Source of the DNA: an uncultured Clostridia bacterium
GTDB taxonomy: Bacteria > Bacillota > Clostridia > TANB77 > CAG-508
Length of the DNA stretch: 47,717 nucleotides
Reading direction: 5' to 3'
Assembly: GCA_944388715.1 (NCBI GenBank)
Contig: CALXJV010000001.1
Coordinates: 1-47,717, forward strand
This document shows, piece after piece, positions 19,570 through 28,222 of this stretch. Positions within the stretch are counted from its first letter, which is position 1; each line of letters begins with the position of its first letter. A program made the translations under genes and the position numbers. Under the pieces are notes generated by a model. That model made no database searches and was not told where the DNA came from. It was given only the letters and a program-made list of their open reading frames with translations.

Positions 19570-19589
19570 TGAAATTCCTCCTATTTTAA

Positions 19590-20681
19590 TTAACTAATAG
19601 TTTTCTCTTTTCTATATCTAATTTTTATGATTAACCAATCTAAAATTTTTTTCAAATATTTATTAAGAATAACTGCTAACACTAAACTTATAATAAATGA
19701 AATCATAAAAAATATACCAGATATAATTTCATTTCCTATTTTGTCACTAAAAAATTCAAAATATTTTATAATTGGTTGGTGAACTAAATATAATTCCATA
19801 CTTATTCCACCTAAATAGATTAATACTTTATTATTTAATATCCTAGATATAATTCCTTTTTCAAAAGCAAATATAAAAACAATTAATATAGATAAAATTT
19901 CTTGAATTGTTTTATGATCTTGTAATAATCTGAAATGATATCCTAAGATTAATAAAACACATATTCCAATTTCTAAAATTGTCATTTTAGTCTCATTTTG
20001 TTTAGTATCTTTTAAATTTAAGAAAATACCTCCTAAAAAGATTCCTTGTAAATAATCAAATAATCTATAAAAAGGAAATATATACCCTGCATAACTTGCA
20101 TAATCTCCTAATAAAGGTGTAATAAAATGATTATACACAAACTTTAATCCAGCTATAATTACCATAATTACTATTAGCTTTTTATTATCTAATTTGTTTA
20201 TTTTATTAATAATCCAAGGTGTTAAGAAATAACATAAAATAATTACATCTAAAAACCATGCTACTCCATTAAACGCATAAAAATAGTCTACATTTGGTAT
20301 ATAACTCTGAAATAGAAATATTGAAGGAATTAGTCTTGAAATTGTAATTCCTATATATTCTAAATTTACTCCTCCGATTTCTAAATAATATTTATACAAT
20401 GTAATTGGTGCTTTTAGCAATATGGTAAATATTAATAAAGGGTAGAATTTTTTAATTTTTTTTATGAGAAATTTCAATGTTTCTTTTAATGTTAATTTTT
20501 CATTAAATTTATCCCAATAATTATACGCCATCATAAAACCCGAAAGTACAAAGAAAAATTCTACTCCTAATCCAGCAATACCATAGTTAACATCAATTAA
20601 TCCTGCACAGTGATGTATAAAAATAGTTAGAAATGCTAAAAATCTCCAACTTTGTAATACTTCTAATCTTCTTTTTCTCAT
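19590..20681 (-). CDS. acyltransferase family 3 membrane O-acyltransferase
   Basis: WRFLAFLTIFIHHC N-terminal motif and about 10 TM helices. Confidence 0.8.
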   Translation of the reverse strand: MRKRRLEVLQSWRFLAFLTIFIHHCAGLIDVNYGIAGLGVEFFFVLSGFMMAYNYWDKFNEKLTLKETLKFLIKKIKKFYPLLIFTILLKAPITLYKYYLEIGGVNLEYIGITISRLIPSIFLFQSYIPNVDYFYAFNGVAWFLDVIILCYFLTPWIINKINKLDNKKLIVIMVIIAGLKFVYNHFITPLLGDYASYAGYIFPFYRLFDYLQGIFLGGIFLNLKDTKQNETKMTILEIGICVLLILGYHFRLLQDHKTIQEILSILIVFIFAFEKGIISRILNNKVLIYLGGISMELYLVHQPIIKYFEFFSDKIGNEIISGIFFMISFIISLVLAVILNKYLKKILDWLIIKIRYRKEKTIS

Positions 20682-20874
20682 ATTTTTCCTCTTAAATTTA
20701 TATATTTTATATTTATTCTTTTTTATGATATCTCATTTTTCATACATTCTCATTATACTATATATTAAAGTTTTTTGTAAATATATTTTGAGACTTTCTG
20801 TAGTTTTTTGTAATATCACTACTACTATAGATTTTCTGGGAATACTACAAAAAATAAGTTGTTATAATTAATTT

Positions 20875-22032
20875 TTACTTTCTTAATATTTTTTTTATAA
20901 TTCTTTTTCCATTTTTTATACTTTTTTTCAATATCGATTGATTTTTTGTATATTTTTTCACTACTTTTTCAAATTCCATATTTGAGTTAAGATCCTTAAA
21001 AAATTGCTCTCTTTCTTTATTCTGAACTGCAGAAGTAATAAAAGATTTGTTGTATTTTATTGTTTCATCAATATCTACTTCTTCAATAATACTACATTTA
21101 TCTTTAATTTTTCCTAATAATTTTTCCCCTTTTTTAGAATTTACAATAACTAAAGATATCCCCTTATGATCATTTAATTTTGGTTTTATTTTTGATATTC
21201 CCCAAAAGTCGGCTAATGTAATATCTGAGTTTCTATTAAACTTTTTAAAATGACAAGAATAACAAGAATCTCTTAATGACAAATCCTGTAAAAAAGCTTT
21301 CATATACATATCATTATTATGATTAATATTATATGTATAATTATCATATTCTATGTTCATTGAGTAGCTTTCCCAACTATCTTTTTTATTTCTAAAATTA
21401 ATATTTTTAATTTTGCCATATTTCATATTTTTTGAATTTCCTAAATATTTTTGCCACACTTTTTTAGATGGTACTCCATGGCATACGATATCCTGAGTAT
21501 ACAACCTATCATAGTTTTGTTGCAAAAAAGATTTAAGACCTTCAACTTGACATGGTGTACCTGTAAACAATACATATCTATCTTGTTCTAAGAAAGCTTT
21601 TACTTGCTTGTATATTTCTTTAATATCACTTTGTAAATATTTAGATCCCCTTAATTCTTTTAATTGTTCTTTATTTTCAACATATTTATGCATTACATTA
21701 AAATTTTCATCAAATGCTACTCCAAAAACAATTCCTTTCATGTCAATTATTTCTTCAGCCAATAGAGTAAAAATCCCCCCTGATGAACTTTCACTTCTTA
21801 TTTTATCATTTTTATTAATACATGCATATGCTTTAGGTTTATTTTCTACTTTTTGGTTACTTATTATTGGACATACCTTTTCACATAATTTACAATCAAT
21901 ACATTTTTCTTCATCCACAATCGGATATCTAAAACCTTTTTCATCTTCTTCCATAGTTATAGCTTGTTTTGGACATATATTATAACAAGCTGAACATCCA
22001 CAACATTGTGTTTTTTCTATTATATTTATCAT
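20875..22032 (-). CDS. FrhB-like (coenzyme F420 hydrogenase/dehydrogenase beta-subunit family) protein with 2x[4Fe-4S] ferredoxin domain
   Basis: CCGCSACYNICP and CIDCKLCEKVCP cluster motifs, followed by the SSSGGIFT and GTPCQV motifs shared with the two paralogs in this window. Confidence 0.8.
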   Translation of the reverse strand: MINIIEKTQCCGCSACYNICPKQAITMEEDEKGFRYPIVDEEKCIDCKLCEKVCPIISNQKVENKPKAYACINKNDKIRSESSSGGIFTLLAEEIIDMKGIVFGVAFDENFNVMHKYVENKEQLKELRGSKYLQSDIKEIYKQVKAFLEQDRYVLFTGTPCQVEGLKSFLQQNYDRLYTQDIVCHGVPSKKVWQKYLGNSKNMKYGKIKNINFRNKKDSWESYSMNIEYDNYTYNINHNNDMYMKAFLQDLSLRDSCYSCHFKKFNRNSDITLADFWGISKIKPKLNDHKGISLVIVNSKKGEKLLGKIKDKCSIIEEVDIDETIKYNKSFITSAVQNKEREQFFKDLNSNMEFEKVVKKYTKNQSILKKSIKNGKRIIKKILRK

Positions 22033-22123
22033 TTTATGCTCCTTATAATACCAAATTTCTTTCTTCTTACTTCAAATTAATCATTTTTTTAATAAATTAT
22101 AAACTAAACTTAATAAATAATTA

Positions 22124-23650
22124 TTAATTATATGTTTGTTTTTTCAATATTTTATATAAAGGTTTTCTTATTAAATTTTTTTCGTATTGATTCATACCAA
22201 AGAACCATACTAATATACAATAAATAACAGTATATATTATTATTTTTAAGGCTAATATTAATATATTATCAGAAACTAAAAATATATTTAAAATAATACC
22301 AAATACAACTGCAAAAATCATTGGGATTGTCATTCTTATTATGTTTTTCCAGAACTCTATCATATTGATTCCTACTTTTTTATGATAATATATATTTAAT
22401 ATAATTCCTTGACCTAATATTAAAGATATCGAAGTCGCAATTGCCGCTCCAATCCCACCATAAATTTTAGCTAATGGTATACTCATAGCAATATTTAAGA
22501 TTGCTATCCCCAAAAAAATTATTGTTCTATATTTGTACAAATTTTTAGCTTGTAGAATGCTTAATCCTATATTTTGTATTAGTGGTATTGTTATTGGAAT
22601 CATTAATATACATGCTATTATATATGCTTCTTCATATCCTTCTCCTGCCCACCAGTTAATAAATACTTGTCCAAATAATACAAAACCAGTAATTATCAAT
22701 GCCATTAATAGATATTGTATCCTTCCTGTTTGTATAAATATATCTGTAAATGCTTTATTTGTCGCTTTACTATCTTCCATTTTAGTTACTTTAGGAAGCA
22801 TTACATTACTTATAGCTGTAGAAAAATTCATATACATACTATTTAGTTTTCCAGCCACTGAATATACTGCTGTTGCAACTGTACCAGAAACTGCACCTAA
22901 AACAAATTGATCTAAACTCCAATTAACTTTATCAATTATTGCATTTAAAAATATATAAAAAGAATACGCAAAAATCTCCTTTAGTAGTTTAAAATCAATT
23001 CCTTTAAATTTTAATTTTACATTTAAATGCTTAAAACAAACAATTGCATTCAACATTAAACATATTATATTCGTTATTGTTAAAACCACAACCATAGCTA
23101 TTGCTTTATATCCTAATAATAATAATGGTATCATCATCATTGGTTGTAATAATATTTGAATGATTTTTATAACTTTGCTTACAATAAACTTTTCATGTGC
23201 TGTTAAAATATTCCCAAAAATACTTAATGGAAATGTTATTGCTAAATTAAATGTTAAAATTAACATCATAACTTTTGCTTCTGACAATTCTGTTTCTGTC
23301 ATTGTACTTTCAAATAAGTTATTTACATTAAAAAATAATATCAAACCTATTATTGTTGCAATCACACCTATTACACAATAAATAGTAAAAAACATTCCGT
23401 GTAATTTATCTTGTTTTTCTTTGTCTCCTTGATTAATGTATCTTGAAGTATATATTACTATTGCATTTCCAAATCCCATATCCATGATTGTAAGATATGA
23501 CATTACAGAATAAATTATTGAATATAAACCATATTCTGATTGTCCCAACATTCTGATCAGAAACGGTGTATATACAATTCCCACAATCATATTTAAAGCA
23601 ATTACAGCATATGATAATATAACTCCTATTTTTCTTTGATTATTCTGCAT
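22124..23650 (-). CDS. Wzx-type oligosaccharide flippase (MOP superfamily), copy 1
   Basis: 508 aa and about 14 TM helices. It overlaps the upstream pyruvyl transferase gene by 11 nt. Confidence 0.75.
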   Translation of the reverse strand: MQNNQRKIGVILSYAVIALNMIVGIVYTPFLIRMLGQSEYGLYSIIYSVMSYLTIMDMGFGNAIVIYTSRYINQGDKEKQDKLHGMFFTIYCVIGVIATIIGLILFFNVNNLFESTMTETELSEAKVMMLILTFNLAITFPLSIFGNILTAHEKFIVSKVIKIIQILLQPMMMIPLLLLGYKAIAMVVVLTITNIICLMLNAIVCFKHLNVKLKFKGIDFKLLKEIFAYSFYIFLNAIIDKVNWSLDQFVLGAVSGTVATAVYSVAGKLNSMYMNFSTAISNVMLPKVTKMEDSKATNKAFTDIFIQTGRIQYLLMALIITGFVLFGQVFINWWAGEGYEEAYIIACILMIPITIPLIQNIGLSILQAKNLYKYRTIIFLGIAILNIAMSIPLAKIYGGIGAAIATSISLILGQGIILNIYYHKKVGINMIEFWKNIIRMTIPMIFAVVFGIILNIFLVSDNILILALKIIIYTVIYCILVWFFGMNQYEKNLIRKPLYKILKKQTYN

Positions 23651-24818
23651 TTATATTTCCCCCATTAAAAGTCTCTAATGCTGTTTTTAGAAATCTCTTT
23701 GAGTCCTCTATTTTTCTAGACATATTTATATCAATCTTATCATAATCTAATAATGTATTATCTTTTTCTATTTTATCTTTTACAATTCTATTGGTTGCTT
23801 CAAAAAGTTCTAATAAAGTATAAATTCTACTATTAGTTGATACTAATGTTCCTTTTTCGAAAGCATAAAATTCTTTTTTAAAAATATATGAAAAACATAT
23901 TGCATGAAACGAATCTGTTATTACATATTCAGAATATTTTATCAAATTTAAAAAATCTTCAAATGTTATATCTAACATTTGTTTATCTCCAAACTTATAA
24001 TCTTCTATCCTAAACTCAAATCTATTACCATTTTTTATATATGGTAGTGTAACTAATAATAAATTCTCTTGTTTTGCAAATTTCTCAATTTGTTTTTTTT
24101 GTTTTTTGTTATCTCCTATCATGTAAGAGAAAATATATTTTTCTTTAATGATCCTTTCCGTTGTCAACTTTTCCCAATCTTTTCTTTCTAAAATCAATGT
24201 TGGGTCCATTACCCACTCAACATTTTTATTTGTTAAACTTTGTATTATATCTTTACTTGATTTTTCTCTCACTGATATAAAGCCATATTTTTCCAATTCT
24301 TTTTTCATAAAATCTTTATATTTATCTGTTACATCTGTTACTGCTACACTAGATGCATATGACAAAATTTTTTTATTTTGATTTTTCAAAAAAGAAAAAA
24401 CAAACGCTTGATCTACTACACCTGGATTCCAAACTTGATCACTTCCTGTTATAAATATATCATATTTATCTGAGATTTCAGAAATTGTTTCTAAACTATA
24501 TACCTTAGAATGAGGAATTGAATTTCTAAAATTTTCAAGTTTTTGCCCTCTAGTTTCTAATTTGGCTTTATATCTCTTTGATAGGTATTTTTCTATTGGC
24601 ACATGTGAAATTCTCTTTATCTTCCCTTTGCATCTATTTATTAGCATTTTTAAATTTTTATTTTTATTAACTAAATTTAATGTAGATGGCTTTTTCTTGT
24701 ATGTTATTAATTCACATTCATATCCTAAATTTGAAAAATATTTGTATAAAGCATATGCTTGTGCGACTCCACCATAATTGTTATTTTTATAATATAATGT
24801 TATAATCCCTATTTTCAT
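23640..24818 (-). CDS. polysaccharide pyruvyl transferase family protein
   Basis: MKIGIITLYYKNNNYGGVAQAYAL N-terminus and the GSDQVWNP and ITDSFHA motifs (CsaB/WcaK-type family). Confidence 0.8.
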   Translation of the reverse strand: MKIGIITLYYKNNNYGGVAQAYALYKYFSNLGYECELITYKKKPSTLNLVNKNKNLKMLINRCKGKIKRISHVPIEKYLSKRYKAKLETRGQKLENFRNSIPHSKVYSLETISEISDKYDIFITGSDQVWNPGVVDQAFVFSFLKNQNKKILSYASSVAVTDVTDKYKDFMKKELEKYGFISVREKSSKDIIQSLTNKNVEWVMDPTLILERKDWEKLTTERIIKEKYIFSYMIGDNKKQKKQIEKFAKQENLLLVTLPYIKNGNRFEFRIEDYKFGDKQMLDITFEDFLNLIKYSEYVITDSFHAICFSYIFKKEFYAFEKGTLVSTNSRIYTLLELFEATNRIVKDKIEKDNTLLDYDKIDINMSRKIEDSKRFLKTALETFNGGNINAE

Positions 24819-24865
24819 TTTTTTTCCTTTCTATGCAAAATATATTTCTTATATTAAAAAACTTA

Positions 24866-26050
24866 TTATTTTATTATATTTTTAATTAAGTCATATGTTT
24901 TTGTTTTATAAGCAATCTCTTTTATAGCATTTTTTAGTTGCTTCTGCTTACTCATATTTATATTTTTATTTATATTTACTTCAATATTTAAATCATCTAT
25001 ATTTCTAAAGAAATTGTCACGATTTTTATGTTTTTTATTTGATTTAATAACCATCTTATTATTTTTTACAACACTTTCAATATCTATCAACTTCTTTGTA
25101 ACCTTGTTGTTTATCTCATTGAATATTTTTTCTCCTTTTAAGGTATTAATTAGGATAGCAGAAATTCCATTATTATTAGTCTCTTTTAATAATTCTTTAT
25201 CTGCTCCCCAAAAATCTCCAACTATTATATCTGCATTATAATTATCATATTTATATTGGCAATTATTACATGATTTTCTATAATATAATCCTTGTAAATA
25301 TCCTTTTCCATATATGTTAGTTGAATATGTCAATTGTGATTTTATTTTTCCATTCTTAAAAATCTGTTTCATTACAGGTGGTTCCCAACCTATGTCTTTA
25401 CTACGAAATTTTACATCTTTTAGTTTACTATGATTTTTTTCTTCTATATATCCTTTATATTTTCTCCATACTTTAGGAGATGCTACTCCTTCACATATAA
25501 CAGCCATTGTATACAAATTTTGTTCTTCTACTAAATAACTTTTTACGGCCGCTACTTGACATGGCGTACCTGTAAATAATACTATTTTACCTTCATTTAA
25601 TATAGATTTTATTTTTACAACCGTTTCATTTAAATCACTTTGAACATATTTAGATCCCTTCATTTTGTTTACTTCTTCTGGTTTATTTGTAACAACATGA
25701 ACCGCCTCTAATTTATCATTCCAAACACATCCACATACATGTCCACCTTTTTCTATTATGCATTCTGCTAATATTGGAAATATTCCTCCTGATGAACTTT
25801 CTTTTCTTTTTTCTTCATCTTTCATATAGCATGAATACCATTTATTTAATCTAATTTTTTCTTTATTTACTTCAAGATTTAAAAAAGGACATTTTTTATT
25901 ACACATACCACATTTAATGCATTTTTCTTCATCAATTACTGGCATTAAAAAACCTTCTTTATTTTCTTCTATTCTTATGGCTTTTGTGGGACATATATTT
26001 TCGCAATTTCTACATCCATAACAATTTTTCTCAAAATTAAAATCTATCAC
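24866..26050 (-). CDS. FrhB-like protein with 2x[4Fe-4S] ferredoxin domain
   Basis: CYGCRNCENICP, CIKCGMCNKKCP, SSSGGIFP and GTPCQV motifs. It starts 5 nt after the stop of the upstream pyruvyl transferase. Confidence 0.8.
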   Translation of the reverse strand: MIDFNFEKNCYGCRNCENICPTKAIRIEENKEGFLMPVIDEEKCIKCGMCNKKCPFLNLEVNKEKIRLNKWYSCYMKDEEKRKESSSGGIFPILAECIIEKGGHVCGCVWNDKLEAVHVVTNKPEEVNKMKGSKYVQSDLNETVVKIKSILNEGKIVLFTGTPCQVAAVKSYLVEEQNLYTMAVICEGVASPKVWRKYKGYIEEKNHSKLKDVKFRSKDIGWEPPVMKQIFKNGKIKSQLTYSTNIYGKGYLQGLYYRKSCNNCQYKYDNYNADIIVGDFWGADKELLKETNNNGISAILINTLKGEKIFNEINNKVTKKLIDIESVVKNNKMVIKSNKKHKNRDNFFRNIDDLNIEVNINKNINMSKQKQLKNAIKEIAYKTKTYDLIKNIIK

Positions 26051-26055
26051 TTATA

Positions 26056-27189
26056 TTACTCCTTACATAATTCTAAAGCTCTATCTATAAAATTATTTGT
26101 TTTATTTCTTTCCTTTTCCAATATTTCGTTTACTTTATCATAATCAATTTCATTATCTATTTGATTTACATTATGATTATTTTTTAGTTTTCTATCTTCC
26201 AATCCTGTTAATTCTAAAATGCTTTGTAATCTTGCACTAAATTTTTTTGGAAATATGCAAATAAATTTTTTATTTAAATTAATAGAAAATGCTGTTCCAT
26301 GGAATGAATCTGTAATTATATACTCGGCTTTTAAAAAATAATCCAAAAAATCTAAAACTTCCGGTGTAGCCACTAATTTACCATATTTAAATTTTTGATA
26401 ATTATTTATAGATACTCTTATCACTGGTAATTTCTTTTCTTTAGATAGCTTCTTTACATATTCATCAAACTCTTTATTATCCATATTCAATTGATAAACT
26501 AATATATATTTTTCTTCTTTTTTTGCCAGTTCTTTTCCTTCCACAAACTCTTGCCACATATTTTTATCTAATAATAATGTTGGATCCAATACATGTTCGG
26601 CATCCTTTATTCCCATTTTATTTAATATATTTACTCCTGAACTTTCTCTTACAGATATTGCTTTATATTTTTTTAACATCCTTGCTACTTCTTTTTCTTC
26701 ATCTTCATCTTTAATTTCATTTCTACCAAAACTGCTAGATAATGCAAATCTTGGTGTTTCGTCTGGTAAAAAGTCTAGATAAAAAGCTCTTTCTATTCCA
26801 TTATTCCATTCAGCATTCCACATTTGATCACTACCTGTACAATATATATCTGCTTTCGGAACATTTTTTTCTAATTCTTCATAAGAATAATATGTATCTT
26901 TAGTTACTTTGATATATTCCTTTACAAATTTATTAAATACTCTTATTTGTTTATTTATTGTTTTTGGTAATACTATCTTTCCAATAAGTTTTGTAATACA
27001 ATTCATAGAAAAAAATTTAGAGTTTTCTAATTTATTTTTTAAAATATTGTCATCTATTAAATTATTTCTATAATAATTTATAAATTCAACTTCATAACCT
27101 TTTTTTTCTAATATTGTTTGTGTTGCTATTGATTGAAGAACTGAACCATAATTTTTTACATTGTGTAATGTTATAACATCTATTTTCAT
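26056..27189 (-). CDS. polysaccharide pyruvyl transferase family protein
   Basis: MKIDVITLHNVKNYGSVLQS N-terminus and the GSDQMWN and ITDSFHG motifs. The start is set at the ATG at 27189, which is preceded by AGGAGG. The ORF-track start at 27267 would overlap the GT2 gene. Confidence 0.8.
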   Translation of the reverse strand: MKIDVITLHNVKNYGSVLQSIATQTILEKKGYEVEFINYYRNNLIDDNILKNKLENSKFFSMNCITKLIGKIVLPKTINKQIRVFNKFVKEYIKVTKDTYYSYEELEKNVPKADIYCTGSDQMWNAEWNNGIERAFYLDFLPDETPRFALSSSFGRNEIKDEDEEKEVARMLKKYKAISVRESSGVNILNKMGIKDAEHVLDPTLLLDKNMWQEFVEGKELAKKEEKYILVYQLNMDNKEFDEYVKKLSKEKKLPVIRVSINNYQKFKYGKLVATPEVLDFLDYFLKAEYIITDSFHGTAFSINLNKKFICIFPKKFSARLQSILELTGLEDRKLKNNHNVNQIDNEIDYDKVNEILEKERNKTNNFIDRALELCKE

Positions 27190-27220
27190 GATTTCCTCCT
27201 TGTTATACCTGCCTATTATT

Positions 27221-28213
27221 TTAATCGACCTTTCGAATTTTATATACTTTTCTGTATACCTTAGCAAGAACTCCTAATAAGTATAATATTAATATTCTAT
27301 TATTCAAAAAAATTTTCGCTATAATTTTATTTTTTTGGCTTATGCTATTTTTTATTATTTCCTCAAATTGACTATTATCTACTATATTATCTTTTATATT
27401 TTCTTTAAATTTTTTGTGAAATACAAATTTTGAAATACCTGCTAAACATATTTGAATATACTGATTATATAAATATTCTAAATTCCAACCTTTTTCAATA
27501 TATAACTTTTTATTTTTTTTCCAATTTTCTAGTTTTATTTTGAGTTTATTATCTCTTTTTAATAAACTTAAACCTGTTTCTTTAGTGTAATATTTATACA
27601 ATATTTTATCAATATATTCTATACTTTCTATGTACTTAATGTATTCTATATTAAATATATAATCCTCTCCTATCGACAAGTTTTTATCAAATTTTATATT
27701 ATTCTCTTTTATAATACTTTTCGAATAAATCTTATTCCATACTTGATTAAATAGCAAATTAGCTTGTAATGTCTCTATTTGTTGTTTAATTTGCTTAGCA
27801 TTAATATTTTTATCAACTTTTATTTTACGTATATTTCCGTTTTTCTCATTTATTCTATCATAAGCACACACTACTAACTTTTTCTCTTCTATTTGTCGTA
27901 CCATTGTCTCTAGAAATTTTGAATCATATTCATCATCAGAATCTATAAAACATATATATTCTCCTTTTGCCATTGAAACACCTAAATTTCTAGCATTGCT
28001 AACTCCATTATTTTCTATTTCTATATATTTAATTTTAGGATTCTTTTCAGAATGTTGCAAACATATTTCTTTTGTGTGATCTGTAGAACCATCATTAATT
28101 ATTATAAGTTCGAAATTATTATATGATTGCTTTTCAATAGTATTAATAGTTCTATCAATTATTTCCTCTGCATTATAAACTGGTAAAATGATTGATATAT
28201 CTTTTTTTTTCAT
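27221..28213 (-). CDS. GT2 (GT-A fold) glycosyltransferase
   Basis: ISIILPVYNAEEII...IIINDGSTDHT and DSDDEY motifs. Confidence 0.85.
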   Translation of the reverse strand: MKKKDISIILPVYNAEEIIDRTINTIEKQSYNNFELIIINDGSTDHTKEICLQHSEKNPKIKYIEIENNGVSNARNLGVSMAKGEYICFIDSDDEYDSKFLETMVRQIEEKKLVVCAYDRINEKNGNIRKIKVDKNINAKQIKQQIETLQANLLFNQVWNKIYSKSIIKENNIKFDKNLSIGEDYIFNIEYIKYIESIEYIDKILYKYYTKETGLSLLKRDNKLKIKLENWKKNKKLYIEKGWNLEYLYNQYIQICLAGISKFVFHKKFKENIKDNIVDNSQFEEIIKNSISQKNKIIAKIFLNNRILILYLLGVLAKVYRKVYKIRKVD

Positions 28214-28222
28214 ATGGTCTCT

